The notes beneath the pieces were generated by a model, which did no database searches, had not been told where the DNA came from, and saw only the letters and a program-made list of their open reading frames with translations. DNA of 24,000 nt from Senegalia sp. (in: firmicutes). Lineage in GTDB: Bacteria; Bacillota; Clostridia; Tissierellales; SIT17. Numbering within the stretch: position 1 is the first letter of the stretch; every line of letters starts with the position of its first letter. A program made the position numbers and the translations under genes. This document shows positions 6,490 to 15,987 of the stretch, piece by piece. Where the stretch lies: NCBI RefSeq assembly GCF_052088025.1, contig NZ_JBQCYD010000010.1, positions 43,666 to 67,665 on the forward strand, in the 5' to 3' direction.

Positions 6490-6508
6490 GGGGGGACTAT
6501 CTCTATTA

Positions 6509-8035
6509 TTAAAGTGTTTTATTTCTCTTCAACTTTCTTTTTATAGCATTTACGATAACATCCACATCCTCTATATTCATAAAATATATGATAATAAAGT
6601 AAGTTACTGCTCCTAAAGCAATTGATATTAGCAGTGAAAAATTTTGACTAATTATCGTAGTTAAATAATTAAAGCTTAGTTTAGATATTAACCCCATAAC
6701 TAATGAAGCACATAAGATTTTTATAAATGAAATACTAATGTTCTTCATACCGAATGGGCCTATTTTCTTTCTTAAACTTATAAACATAAGACCAGTAGTG
6801 AATATTGCAGCTATACTCGTTGCTAATGCTAATCCACCTATACCCATGTATTTTGAAAGAGTAAAGTTTAATACAATATTTAAACTCATGCCTATGGCTG
6901 CATTTATCATTGGAGTCTTTGTATCTTGTAAAGAATAGAACACTCTAGATAGTACCTCTCTAAGGCCGAAACCAATCATTCCTATGGAATAAAAGAATAA
7001 CGCATATGATGTCATTGAAATTGCTTGAACATCAAATGCTCCTCTACCAAATAACAATTTGATAACTGGTTTTGCAAATATCATAGATCCTACTGTAGCT
7101 GGTATAACTAATAGATTAATTCCACTTATTGATTCTATTACTGATTTTTTAAATCCAACCATATTTTTTTCGGATGACATTTTTGAAATCATTGGATACA
7201 TTACAGTTGCTATAGACATTACAAATATTCCTTGAATAAATAAGTTAAGTCTATTTGCGTAATTTAGAGCTGATATTCCTCCTACAGCTATTTGAGATGC
7301 TATAGTTCTGTCTACAAGCACATTTATTTGATTAACCGAAACTCCTATTATTACAGGCATAGATAGATATATAAGTTTCCTTAAATATTTATCTTTCAAA
7401 TTTAATACTAGATTATATTTATATCCGTTAGTGTATATTGATGGTAGCAGTATTAATAATGCAGAAGCAGTGGCTATAACGCTTCCTACTGATAGTATCA
7501 TAATATCACTTTTAGAACTAAGGACTATAGAAATTATTGTAAAAAAGTTCAAAGGTAGACCTATAATAGCTGGAATTACAAAGTTATTTTTTACTTGTAA
7601 ATACCCTTTAAATATATATAAAACTCCTGTAAAATATATTCCTAATATGCTAACTCTTGTAAAGTTAACTGCCATATCTAGAGTATGCCTATCAAATCCT
7701 ACTGCAAAAATCTTTACTATTGGCACTGAGAATAACCATACCAAAATAATTATGAGGCTACATAAAATAAGTAATAAGTTAATTAAATTATTTGTAAACC
7801 TGTTTGCTTGTATTTGTCCAAATTCTTTTTCAATATCACTAAATAAAGGTATATAACTAGTTGATATACCTGTTCCTATAAACAAAAATATTGTTAATGG
7901 TATAGTAAGAGATATAAGGTATGCATCACTTATGCTAGATGCTCCATAAAAATATGATAGTGTAATATCCCTATAAAATCCAATTAATTTTGAAACTATA
8001 GTTAGTAACATTAAAACTAATGCTGTTTTTTTCAT
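6509..8035 (-). CDS. murJ: MurJ/MviN-family (MOP superfamily) lipid-linked glycan flippase
   Basis: 508 aa and polytopic. The N-terminus LIGFYRDITLSYFYGASSISDAYLISLTIP matches the MurJ signature (GfxRd...fGa...DAf...P). It is the last gene of the glycan operon. Confidence 0.85.
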   Translation of the reverse strand: MKKTALVLMLLTIVSKLIGFYRDITLSYFYGASSISDAYLISLTIPLTIFLFIGTGISTSYIPLFSDIEKEFGQIQANRFTNNLINLLLILCSLIIILVWLFSVPIVKIFAVGFDRHTLDMAVNFTRVSILGIYFTGVLYIFKGYLQVKNNFVIPAIIGLPLNFFTIISIVLSSKSDIMILSVGSVIATASALLILLPSIYTNGYKYNLVLNLKDKYLRKLIYLSMPVIIGVSVNQINVLVDRTIASQIAVGGISALNYANRLNLFIQGIFVMSIATVMYPMISKMSSEKNMVGFKKSVIESISGINLLVIPATVGSMIFAKPVIKLLFGRGAFDVQAISMTSYALFFYSIGMIGFGLREVLSRVFYSLQDTKTPMINAAIGMSLNIVLNFTLSKYMGIGGLALATSIAAIFTTGLMFISLRKKIGPFGMKNISISFIKILCASLVMGLISKLSFNYLTTIISQNFSLLISIALGAVTYFIIIYFMNIEDVDVIVNAIKRKLKRNKTL

Positions 8036-8156
8036 TTAATTATTCCTCACTATCAATTTTAATAAAGAAAATTTAGTTTTATTTAATTACCTCTATCTAA
8101 TTCGTTTAATTATTTCTAATAATATACTTCTATCAAACTGCTTTTTACTGATTAAA

Positions 8157-9176
8157 TTATCTACTTATATGAAAATTATTTACTAGTTTTTTCCTAATAA
8201 GAAAGTCTATAATACCATTTATAAACCCTAATCCATATGAAAAATGTAGTATAAAAAATATTATAGGTAATATAGCAATAAATCTAGGAGTTTTATTATA
8301 AGATATCTTCACACTAAAAAATAGTGAACTAGCTAAATAGGTAAGAGTAATTGCAAGTAGTATTTTAATTCCTAATTCATTAACTAAACTTAAAATAACA
8401 CTACCTAATAATGATATTACAAATGTCATAGGTACTAATTGCCTAATCGATGAAGGCATCTTATGTTTTTGAATAACTCTAACTTTCCAATATCCATATT
8501 GAAAATACTGCTTCCACAACTTTTTGAGTGAGGATCTACTGTAATAATAAGATTTAATCTTAGGGCTTAATAATATCTTTTCACCACTTTTAATTAATCT
8601 AAAATTTAATTCATCATCTTGATTTCTAACTAGTTCCTCATCAAAGCATCCAATTTTTTCAAAAACTTCTCTCTTATATGCACCAAATGCTAATGTGTCC
8701 ACATACTTTTCTTTTTTACTATACCTGAATAAAGAATTCCCTACACCAAAAGGGCAAGCCATAGCCAATGCAATCGACTCTCCAACAAAATTTTGGCTAA
8801 TTGTCTCAATAGGTCCTCCTACACATGCTACTTCTTTTTCTCTAAGTAGTTTTACGCTTGTAGAGATAAAATCACTATGTGCATATGCATGTCCATCTAT
8901 TCTAATAATAATATCGCCTGTTGAATTCTTAATCCCTAAATTCATTGCAGTTGGAGCAATTCGTTTTGTATTCTCAATTACCTTTATATTTATATTCAAC
9001 TCATTACTTAATTTATTAACTTTTTCTAGAGTTCTATCGGTTGACATTCCATCAACTACTAAAATTTCTAACTTATCCTTAGGATAACTTTGATTATCTA
9101 AACTTCTTATACATTCTTCAATATACTTTTCTTCATTATATACTGGAATGATTATCGATACATATGGAAAGAACAT
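8157..9176 (-). CDS. Family 2 glycosyltransferase (ExoA-like) with C-terminal transmembrane segments
   Basis: SIIIPVYNEEKYIEECIRSLDNQSYP...LEILVVDGMSTDRT (GT-A, DxD region) and AFGAYKREVFEKIGCFDEELVRNQDDELNFRL match the ExoA-type GT2 pattern. The last ~100 aa are hydrophobic. Confidence 0.85.
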   Translation of the reverse strand: MFFPYVSIIIPVYNEEKYIEECIRSLDNQSYPKDKLEILVVDGMSTDRTLEKVNKLSNELNINIKVIENTKRIAPTAMNLGIKNSTGDIIIRIDGHAYAHSDFISTSVKLLREKEVACVGGPIETISQNFVGESIALAMACPFGVGNSLFRYSKKEKYVDTLAFGAYKREVFEKIGCFDEELVRNQDDELNFRLIKSGEKILLSPKIKSYYYSRSSLKKLWKQYFQYGYWKVRVIQKHKMPSSIRQLVPMTFVISLLGSVILSLVNELGIKILLAITLTYLASSLFFSVKISYNKTPRFIAILPIIFFILHFSYGLGFINGIIDFLIRKKLVNNFHISR

Positions 9177-9208
9177 AATCGCCTCCTATATAGATATAAT
9201 TTAAACTT

Positions 9209-9769
9209 CTAAATACTTTTCTTTAGTTCCTTTGCTGGTACTCCTCCAATAAGACTGTAAGGTGTTAAATTAGATTTGTTAACTACCGATCCAGCAGCTA
9301 CAACAGTATTGTTTATGATATTTACGCCTGGTAATATAGACGTGTTTCCTCCAACCCAGACTTCTTTCCCTATTTGTATAGTACTTTGTTCATATCCTCC
9401 AAACCTAATTGTTTCATTTGTATATTTATGGTTAGCACTAGCTATTAAAACACCTGGCCCTATCATTACATTATCACTTATTATCACTTCTCCATATCCA
9501 CCAATCCATGAATTTCTCCCTATGAATACATTATCACCTACACTAATGTTTTCTATATGTGTAAAATATACATTCGAACATACTTGTAAGTTTCTTCCAC
9601 ATCTTTTGAAAAAAGGTTTCATTAATGTCCCTCTCACTTTATTTACAGGCATACAATCTGGCAATAAAAGTAATACTATATTAATTAAGTGAATAGGCCA
9701 GTGATAAAATAAAATATTTTTAATTTTTCTCCACACACTTTTTCGCCTCCACCCATTCAACAAGTTCAT
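9209..9769 (-). CDS. Left-handed beta-helix (hexapeptide-repeat) acyltransferase, WcaF/maltose O-acetyltransferase-like
   Basis: Hexapeptide repeats (VGDNVFIGRNSWIGGYGEVIISDNVMIGPGVLI...VWVGGNTSILPGVNIINNTVVAAGSVV). The track ORF overlaps the GT4 gene by 50 nt. An in-frame GTG after GGAGG (giving VWRKIKN...) is an alternative start, so the 5' end is uncertain. Confidence 0.8.
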   Translation of the reverse strand: MNLLNGWRRKSVWRKIKNILFYHWPIHLINIVLLLLPDCMPVNKVRGTLMKPFFKRCGRNLQVCSNVYFTHIENISVGDNVFIGRNSWIGGYGEVIISDNVMIGPGVLIASANHKYTNETIRFGGYEQSTIQIGKEVWVGGNTSILPGVNIINNTVVAAGSVVNKSNLTPYSLIGGVPAKELKKSI

Positions 9770-10904
9770 TTATATGTGCTTCTAGTGTATTTTCATATGC
9801 AAATTTATATCCATTATATATTAGTTTTTTTCTTAATTCTCTATCTAATATTACTCGAGTAATTGCAGTAAAAAGTTCATTACTTTCCTCTGGTTTAATT
9901 AAAAGTCCATTATATCCATCTTTTATAGTATAAGGAATACCCCCAACATCAGTTGCGATAACTGGCATTCCATTAGCCATAGCTTCAATCAGTACTCTAG
10001 GAGTCCCTTCAGATATTGATGGTAAAATAAATATATCTGATTCTCTGTATATTTCAAATAACATCTCCCCTAGTGGCACATACCCTTTGAATATAATTCT
10101 TTTTTCTAATCCCTTCTCTTTAACTAAAGTTTTTAACTTTTCTTTTTCTTCTCCATCTCCTACTAAATACAAATAAATGTCTTGTTGAAGATTTTTATTA
10201 ATTATCATCTTTATAGCATTTATTAAGTATTGAATACCTTTCTCATGCCTTAAATACCCTACATATAATAGCTTTAATGTTTCTTTCTCACATGAATCAT
10301 ATCTTGAATAAATTTCTTTTTCCATAAATGTACTAGTTCTAATCTCTTTTACCTTACTGCTATTTTTTGAATAAAGTCTTCTAAGTCCACTGCCATTTGC
10401 AATAACTTTAGACTTTTTCATTATTTTTTTCAGAACCCATTCTTGATGATTGGCCAATAAAATAGCTGCAAGCTTTATGACCCCTTCATATTTATTACCT
10501 TTCATAACAATGGCTTTTGTATCACCTACTAGATGAACTGTAGTTGGTGTATTTCTTATCTTAGATAACAAGTATACTATATAGCTATAGGGTGAGGGCC
10601 AGCGGATATAAACATTTGTCCAAGTTTTAGAAAATCTGATTAGCTTTTTAATTGATGCAAACATATATCTTATAGAACCTATCATATTTCTATAGTTAGG
10701 TAACTCTTGAAACTTTATATTATTAGATTTGATTTGATAATCTAATTTAAGACTCTTTATATCTCTATTTACAGGCACACACACTGTTATATGATCATAT
10801 TCCTTAGCTAAACTATCTAAAAATCTTCCAAATGCACCATTACAATAATATTTAGAATCATACTTGTAAAAAGTCATACTGTAGTAAATATTTAATTCTC
10901 TCAT
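9720..10904 (-). CDS. Family 4 (GT-B) glycosyltransferase
   Basis: The C-terminal EGTPRVLIEAMANGMPVIATDVGGIPYTIKDGYNGLL is the E-x7-E GT4 signature. Its ATGA start/stop overlaps the upstream GNAT gene. Confidence 0.85.
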   Translation of the reverse strand: MRELNIYYSMTFYKYDSKYYCNGAFGRFLDSLAKEYDHITVCVPVNRDIKSLKLDYQIKSNNIKFQELPNYRNMIGSIRYMFASIKKLIRFSKTWTNVYIRWPSPYSYIVYLLSKIRNTPTTVHLVGDTKAIVMKGNKYEGVIKLAAILLANHQEWVLKKIMKKSKVIANGSGLRRLYSKNSSKVKEIRTSTFMEKEIYSRYDSCEKETLKLLYVGYLRHEKGIQYLINAIKMIINKNLQQDIYLYLVGDGEEKEKLKTLVKEKGLEKRIIFKGYVPLGEMLFEIYRESDIFILPSISEGTPRVLIEAMANGMPVIATDVGGIPYTIKDGYNGLLIKPEESNELFTAITRVILDRELRKKLIYNGYKFAYENTLEAHINELVEWVEAKKCVEKN

Positions 10905-11569
10905 TTTATTTCTCCTAACTTTTTAAAATATCCTTGTGAGTATGTTCCTTCTGTGTTGATGCCTTGCCAATGTAAATCCATTCCCATTTTCTTGTAAAAA
11001 TTAACTGCCCTTATATTTTCTTTTTTTACTGATAAAATTAAATATTCACATCCTACTTCAGTAGACTTGATTTCAAATTTATTAAATAATAATTTTGCTA
11101 TATTCTTTCCTTTATATTGGGGAGCTACACAAATTGATTTTATTGAACTACATTTCCCTTCTATATGATGAAAATAATCAATTTTATTTTTAATCTTGGG
11201 TGAAATCCCCATAAATCTAGCTATTTTCCCCATTTTCTGGCTTATAAGTTTATTTATTAAAGATGGCTTTAATATACACTTTTTAACTGCATTAAAAATC
11301 AGTCTATATTTGTATTTATCGAGCAACCTGCTATTATAACCATTCGGCTTACAAGTCCCATCTACAAATCCTATAACCTTGTTGCTTTCATCTTTAACTA
11401 AAAGATTTATGCTATATTTATCTTCAATGCTAAATAAGTACATATATTTCAAAAAACCTGATCCTAATTCTGATGAGAAACTTTCTGGAAAACATTGTAT
11501 GTGAGTTTTTACTATGTCATCTAAGTCATTTTTAGTAAATGGCACTACCCTTAATTCCATCCTATACAT
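10901..11569 (-). CDS. GNAT-family N-acetyltransferase
   Basis: ICVAPQYKGKNIAKLLF matches the acetyl-CoA-binding motif A (Q/R-x-x-G-x-G/A). The fold-typical C-terminal ENIRAVNFYKKMGM is present. The SD AAGGAGGA abuts the first ATG, so the ATG at 11560 (MELRV...) may be the true start. Confidence 0.7.
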   Translation of the reverse strand: MYRMELRVVPFTKNDLDDIVKTHIQCFPESFSSELGSGFLKYMYLFSIEDKYSINLLVKDESNKVIGFVDGTCKPNGYNSRLLDKYKYRLIFNAVKKCILKPSLINKLISQKMGKIARFMGISPKIKNKIDYFHHIEGKCSSIKSICVAPQYKGKNIAKLLFNKFEIKSTEVGCEYLILSVKKENIRAVNFYKKMGMDLHWQGINTEGTYSQGYFKKLGEIK

Positions 11570-11580
11570 ATCCTCCTTTC

Positions 11581-12945
11581 CTATTTCAATTTAATAGCTT
11601 TAGGTATAGAGTTTATATATTGTGTCCCTATCCCGAGGATTAGCCACATGAGTGGACTATTGTAAGCATTAATTAGCATTAAATATACACATAATGTAAC
11701 TATAGATGCAAGCACTGGCTCATAAATATCCTTACTCTCCTTATAATGTTGTAATGGAGTATTTACTAGTCTTTTTATAATTCTCGATAAAAAGATAAGA
11801 AAAGCAAGTAACCCTGGTACTCCTAGTTCTGTAGCAATTTGCAAGTAATCATTATGAGATACTCCAACATCATGTAGGCCCATACTTCTTGTTATCATAT
11901 AATAGTTCCCAAGTCCGATTCCTCTCAGTTGATTAGATTGTATTGTATCAAGAGATATCTTAACTAATTCTTTTCTTACAGTAGTAGAACTATAGTCTTG
12001 GCCTATTTGAGCTTCATTCTTATAGAATAAGTTAGATATACTTAGAAATCTATCTCTAACACTATCTGGCATAAATACCCCTATAATCAAACTAAATATT
12101 ATAATTAGTATAAGTAGTTTATAATTTTTTCTTATTGCAATAATAGCTAATAATCCTACAATTGTAGATATCCAAGCCCCTCTAGACAAAGTCAATACTA
12201 GTCCTATAATTAGCACTAAACTACTCAGCTTAATAAGAAAATTCTCTATTGTTAACTTGTTTTTGATTAATCTATATATAGCATAAGGTGCTAGTAAAGC
12301 TAGAAAAAAACCCAACTGATTTCTTCCTTCTTTTGATGGAAAGTCTGTGTTAATAGAAATATACTCTACTTTAAATACAAAAAAATATTTATAAATCAAA
12401 AACACTAATATTAAACTTGCAGCAATTATAATAGTACCTGTGATAATATGAATATTTTTCTCAACGTCATATTTTGAAATTATATTAAAATTGCTAATTA
12501 TATAGTATAATCCTATACAAATAACTAATTTGATTATAAATATTGCAGAATATCGAATATTACTAGATTGAAATAATCCTAAAAAGTTTAACATTAAAAA
12601 TATATTTATAATACCTACATATTTAAAATTTATTTTTTCTTTGCCATTTTCTCTAAATAATGAGACTATAAAAGCTAAGAAAATAACCGGTGTTAATAAT
12701 GTCGATAATTGTTGTTCTAGTATTTGTATGGGAAAAAATGGTATTGAACAAAGATATAGAGTTGCTATATGCAGTGGTCTTTTAATTAAATATATAGATC
12801 CTAGAGTAATCATTAACAAAATAATAAAGTATACTAAATAATTACTTGAAGACACTACTCCTATCAGGGCTCCAATTACCACTATTAGAATATTAGAAGA
12901 TGTTTTTTCATATTTATTGTATAGGTTTAATAACATTGTGAACAC
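11581..12945 (-). CDS. Wzy_C / O-antigen-ligase-family polytopic membrane protein (polymerase, ligase or O-oligosaccharyltransferase)
   Basis: 454 aa with ~10-12 hydrophobic segments. LTLSRGAWISTIVG and GVSHNDYLQIATELGVPGLLAFLIF match the conserved SRg...HNxyL...E.G..G loop of the WaaL/PglL/Wzy_C family, including the conserved His. Confidence 0.75.
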   Translation of the reverse strand: MFTMLLNLYNKYEKTSSNILIVVIGALIGVVSSSNYLVYFIILLMITLGSIYLIKRPLHIATLYLCSIPFFPIQILEQQLSTLLTPVIFLAFIVSLFRENGKEKINFKYVGIINIFLMLNFLGLFQSSNIRYSAIFIIKLVICIGLYYIISNFNIISKYDVEKNIHIITGTIIIAASLILVFLIYKYFFVFKVEYISINTDFPSKEGRNQLGFFLALLAPYAIYRLIKNKLTIENFLIKLSSLVLIIGLVLTLSRGAWISTIVGLLAIIAIRKNYKLLILIIIFSLIIGVFMPDSVRDRFLSISNLFYKNEAQIGQDYSSTTVRKELVKISLDTIQSNQLRGIGLGNYYMITRSMGLHDVGVSHNDYLQIATELGVPGLLAFLIFLSRIIKRLVNTPLQHYKESKDIYEPVLASIVTLCVYLMLINAYNSPLMWLILGIGTQYINSIPKAIKLK

Positions 12946-12983
12946 TTCTTTCTAATTTATTAATTATGGAAAAATTAGTATGA

Positions 12984-13490
12984 TTATCTATACTTAATAA
13001 GTTTAGCTGGATTGCCTCCAAAAATTGCATAATCCGGTACATCTTTAGTTACAATCGAACCTGCCGCTATTATTGAACCTCTGCCTATAGTAACTCCTGG
13101 AAGGATTACTACTCTAGCACCAATCCATGCATCATCTTTTATTCTTACTTCCTTAGATTCTGAATAGCCTTGAAACATAATAGGAACTTCTTTATCCTTA
13201 AAAGCGTGATTTATGTCCATGATTATTACATCTGGTCCCATTAAGACGTTCTTACCTATAATCACACTTTTAGCAGACATAATCCTAGCGTTTACTCCTA
13301 ACTGTGAATTTTCTCCAATTTGAATAGTTTTACCATTACCAAAAACAACACCATTTCTAATCATTACATTTTTTCCACAATACTTAAATAATTTACGAGC
13401 TATAAATCGTCTAACTATGTGGCCTTTTAATGTTGACTCTGGTAAATTTTTAGCTATTAAATAGTACATAACGTAATATATTCTTTTCAA
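12984..13490 (-). CDS. Left-handed beta-helix (hexapeptide-repeat) acetyltransferase
   Basis: 168 aa with repeats IGENSQLGVNARIMSAKSVIIGKNVLMGPDVII...AWIGARVVILPGVTIGRGSIIAAGSIV and the C-terminal FGGNPAKLI typical of sugar O/N-acetyltransferases. Confidence 0.8.
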   Translation of the reverse strand: MKRIYYVMYYLIAKNLPESTLKGHIVRRFIARKLFKYCGKNVMIRNGVVFGNGKTIQIGENSQLGVNARIMSAKSVIIGKNVLMGPDVIIMDINHAFKDKEVPIMFQGYSESKEVRIKDDAWIGARVVILPGVTIGRGSIIAAGSIVTKDVPDYAIFGGNPAKLIKYR

Positions 13491-13576
13491 ACCTTCACCT
13501 CATTTTATGTGTAAAAATTTTATATTAAGAGAGAATTAACCAATATGCTTTTATTAGATAATTTAATATAAAATTA

Positions 13577-14551
13577 TTATAAATTGTGAATATACCAATC
13601 TATAGCAAGCTTTAACCCTATATCGATACTATACTCAGGTTGATAATTTAACAGTTGTTTAGCTTTACTAATATCTGCATTAGAATGCTTCACATCTCCT
13701 GGCCTCGAAGGCCCATAGTTTGGTTCAATACTTTTTTCTAATAAATTTGTAATTTTATTATACAAATCAATAAGATATACTCTACCGCCACATGCTATAT
13801 TAAATACTTCTCCAAAAGCTTCTTCTTCTGCTAAACAGGCTTTTAAATTTGCCTGTATTACATTTTCAATGTAAGTGAAATCTCTAGATTGTCTTCCATC
13901 TCCATGTATTGTAGGAGCTTTATCATTAATAAGCGCTTTCACAAATTTAGGTATTACAGCTGCATATATCGATGTAGGATCTTGTTTTTTACCAAATACA
14001 TTAAAATATCTTAACCCAACTGTTGGAAGTCCATAAATTTCATAGAAATTTTTAGCATACATTTCTTTTGCTCGTTTAGTAATAGCGTATGGTGATAATG
14101 GTTTTCCGATTCTTTCTTCTACTTTTGGTAAATTAGGCTCATCTCCATATACTGAAGATGATGATGCAAATACAAATCTTTTCACCCTTGCATCTCTAGC
14201 AGCTATCATCATATTTAATAATCCACTAACATTAACATTATTTGAGGTTATTGGATCATCAATCGATCTAGGGACGGATCCTAAAGCTGCTTGGTGTAAA
14301 ATGTAGTCCATTCCTTCACATGCTTTCTTACAATCGTCTATACTACGAATATCCCCTTCAATTAACTCAAAATTAGGATTATTATAAAACTCTTTTATAT
14401 TTTCCTCTTTTCCTGTAGCAAAGTTATCAAGTACGCGCACAAAATAACCTAGTTCTAGTATTTTTTCAACAAGATTTGAGCCGATAAAACCGGCTCCACC
14501 TGTAACTAAAAATTTAGTACCTTTTGGAAATTTTATATCATTATATCCCAT
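13577..14551 (-). CDS. Extended-SDR UDP-GlcNAc/UDP-GlcNAcA C4-epimerase (WbpP/TviC-like)
   Basis: TGGAGFIGSNL...LDNFATG...HQAALGSVPRSIDDPITSNNVNVSGLLNMMIAARDA...SSSSVYGD...LSPYAITK (YxxxK)...GLRYFNVFGKKQDP. It aligns almost without gaps to the P. aeruginosa WbpP sequence as I remember it. Confidence 0.85.
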   Translation of the reverse strand: MGYNDIKFPKGTKFLVTGGAGFIGSNLVEKILELGYFVRVLDNFATGKEENIKEFYNNPNFELIEGDIRSIDDCKKACEGMDYILHQAALGSVPRSIDDPITSNNVNVSGLLNMMIAARDARVKRFVFASSSSVYGDEPNLPKVEERIGKPLSPYAITKRAKEMYAKNFYEIYGLPTVGLRYFNVFGKKQDPTSIYAAVIPKFVKALINDKAPTIHGDGRQSRDFTYIENVIQANLKACLAEEEAFGEVFNIACGGRVYLIDLYNKITNLLEKSIEPNYGPSRPGDVKHSNADISKAKQLLNYQPEYSIDIGLKLAIDWYIHNL

Positions 14552-14552
14552 T

Positions 14553-15929
14553 TTAAAGCCTCCAATATAAGTAGTTCCTGTCCTCTGCTTCTTTTCTGTT
14601 AAACATTCCTTTTACATCTATTAATACATAATCCCCTCTTAAACTGTTTATCTCTGATGCTACAGCAACTTCATTCATTACTTCTGAGTATACATTTTCT
14701 TTAGTTTTATACATAGTCTTAATATCTTCAAATGTTATAGATTTAAACTCTTCATGTGGAACTGCAAATATAATAGCATCCATATCTTTTACTTCTTCTA
14801 TATTACATGGATTAATTCTATATTCATGCCATAAATCTTCTTTATCAGCTACTGAATCTACAACTTTCACCTCTATTCCATACTCTTCTAGTTCTTTAAT
14901 AACATCTACTACTTTTGTATTTCTAACATCCGGACAATTTTCTTTAAATGTTACACCGAATATAACTACTTTCGAGCCATTTATTTGCTTGTTTGCTTTT
15001 ATCATCTTCTTCACTGTATTTTCAGCTACATATTTTCCCATATCATCATTTATCTTTCTGCCTGAAAGAATAATTTGAGAATGGTAGCCCATTTCTTCAG
15101 CCTTGTACGTAAGATAATATGGATCTACCCCTATACAGTGTCCTCCTACAAGACCTGGAGTAAACTTTAGAAAGTTCCACTTAGTTCCTGCTGCTTCTAA
15201 TACAGCATTAGTATCGATCCCCATTTTATTAAATATAATAGATAACTCATTCATGAAAGCTATATTAATGTCTCTTTGAGAATTCTCAATAACTTTAGCA
15301 GCTTCAGCCACTTTGATACTTTCAGCCCTATGTACCCCAGCTTCAATTACCATCTCATAAACCTTTGCTATATCTTCCAATGATTCTTCGTCCATTCCTG
15401 ATACTACTTTTACTATAGTTTCTAATCTATGTACTTTATCTCCTGGATTGATTCTTTCTGGAGAATATCCTACTTTAAAATCAGTTCCACACTTTAATCC
15501 TGACTCTTTCTCTAATATGGGAATACAAATTTCTTCAGTAACCCCAGGGTATACAGTAGATTCAAATACAACAATTGATCCTTTAGTAAGATTTCTACCT
15601 ACTGTCTTGCTAGCTCCTATTACAGGCTTAAGATCTGGTGTCTTATCTGCATTAATTGGAGTTGGTACAGCAACAACATGGAATTTACAATCTCTTATAT
15701 ATTTTTCTTCACATGTAAATAGTGCTGTGGATTTTTGTATAGCTTCATCTCCAACTTCTTTAGTAACATCCTTTCCATTAAGATATTGTTGCACTTTCTC
15801 TTTTGAAATATCGAAACCTACTACATCTGCTACTCTTGCAAATGCTATAGCTAAAGGCATACCTACATAACCTAAACCTATTACTGATATTTTGTCTTTT
15901 TTATTTTTAACACCTTCATATAAACTCAT
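14553..15929 (-). CDS. UDP-N-acetyl-hexosamine 6-dehydrogenase (nucleotide-sugar dehydrogenase, WbpO/TviB/CapL-like)
   Basis: N-terminal Rossmann ISVIGLGYVGMPLA, catalytic-Cys region PGLVGGHCIGVDPYYL, and C-terminal UDP-binding domain VVIFGVTFKENCPDVRNTK. It sits 1 nt from the WbpP-like gene, the classic pairing. Confidence 0.85.
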   Translation of the reverse strand: MSLYEGVKNKKDKISVIGLGYVGMPLAIAFARVADVVGFDISKEKVQQYLNGKDVTKEVGDEAIQKSTALFTCEEKYIRDCKFHVVAVPTPINADKTPDLKPVIGASKTVGRNLTKGSIVVFESTVYPGVTEEICIPILEKESGLKCGTDFKVGYSPERINPGDKVHRLETIVKVVSGMDEESLEDIAKVYEMVIEAGVHRAESIKVAEAAKVIENSQRDINIAFMNELSIIFNKMGIDTNAVLEAAGTKWNFLKFTPGLVGGHCIGVDPYYLTYKAEEMGYHSQIILSGRKINDDMGKYVAENTVKKMIKANKQINGSKVVIFGVTFKENCPDVRNTKVVDVIKELEEYGIEVKVVDSVADKEDLWHEYRINPCNIEEVKDMDAIIFAVPHEEFKSITFEDIKTMYKTKENVYSEVMNEVAVASEINSLRGDYVLIDVKGMFNRKEAEDRNYLYWRL

Positions 15930-15987
15930 ATTACCTTCCTCCCTATTTGTGAATTTTATATTTTGATATAGTTATAACTAATAAATT

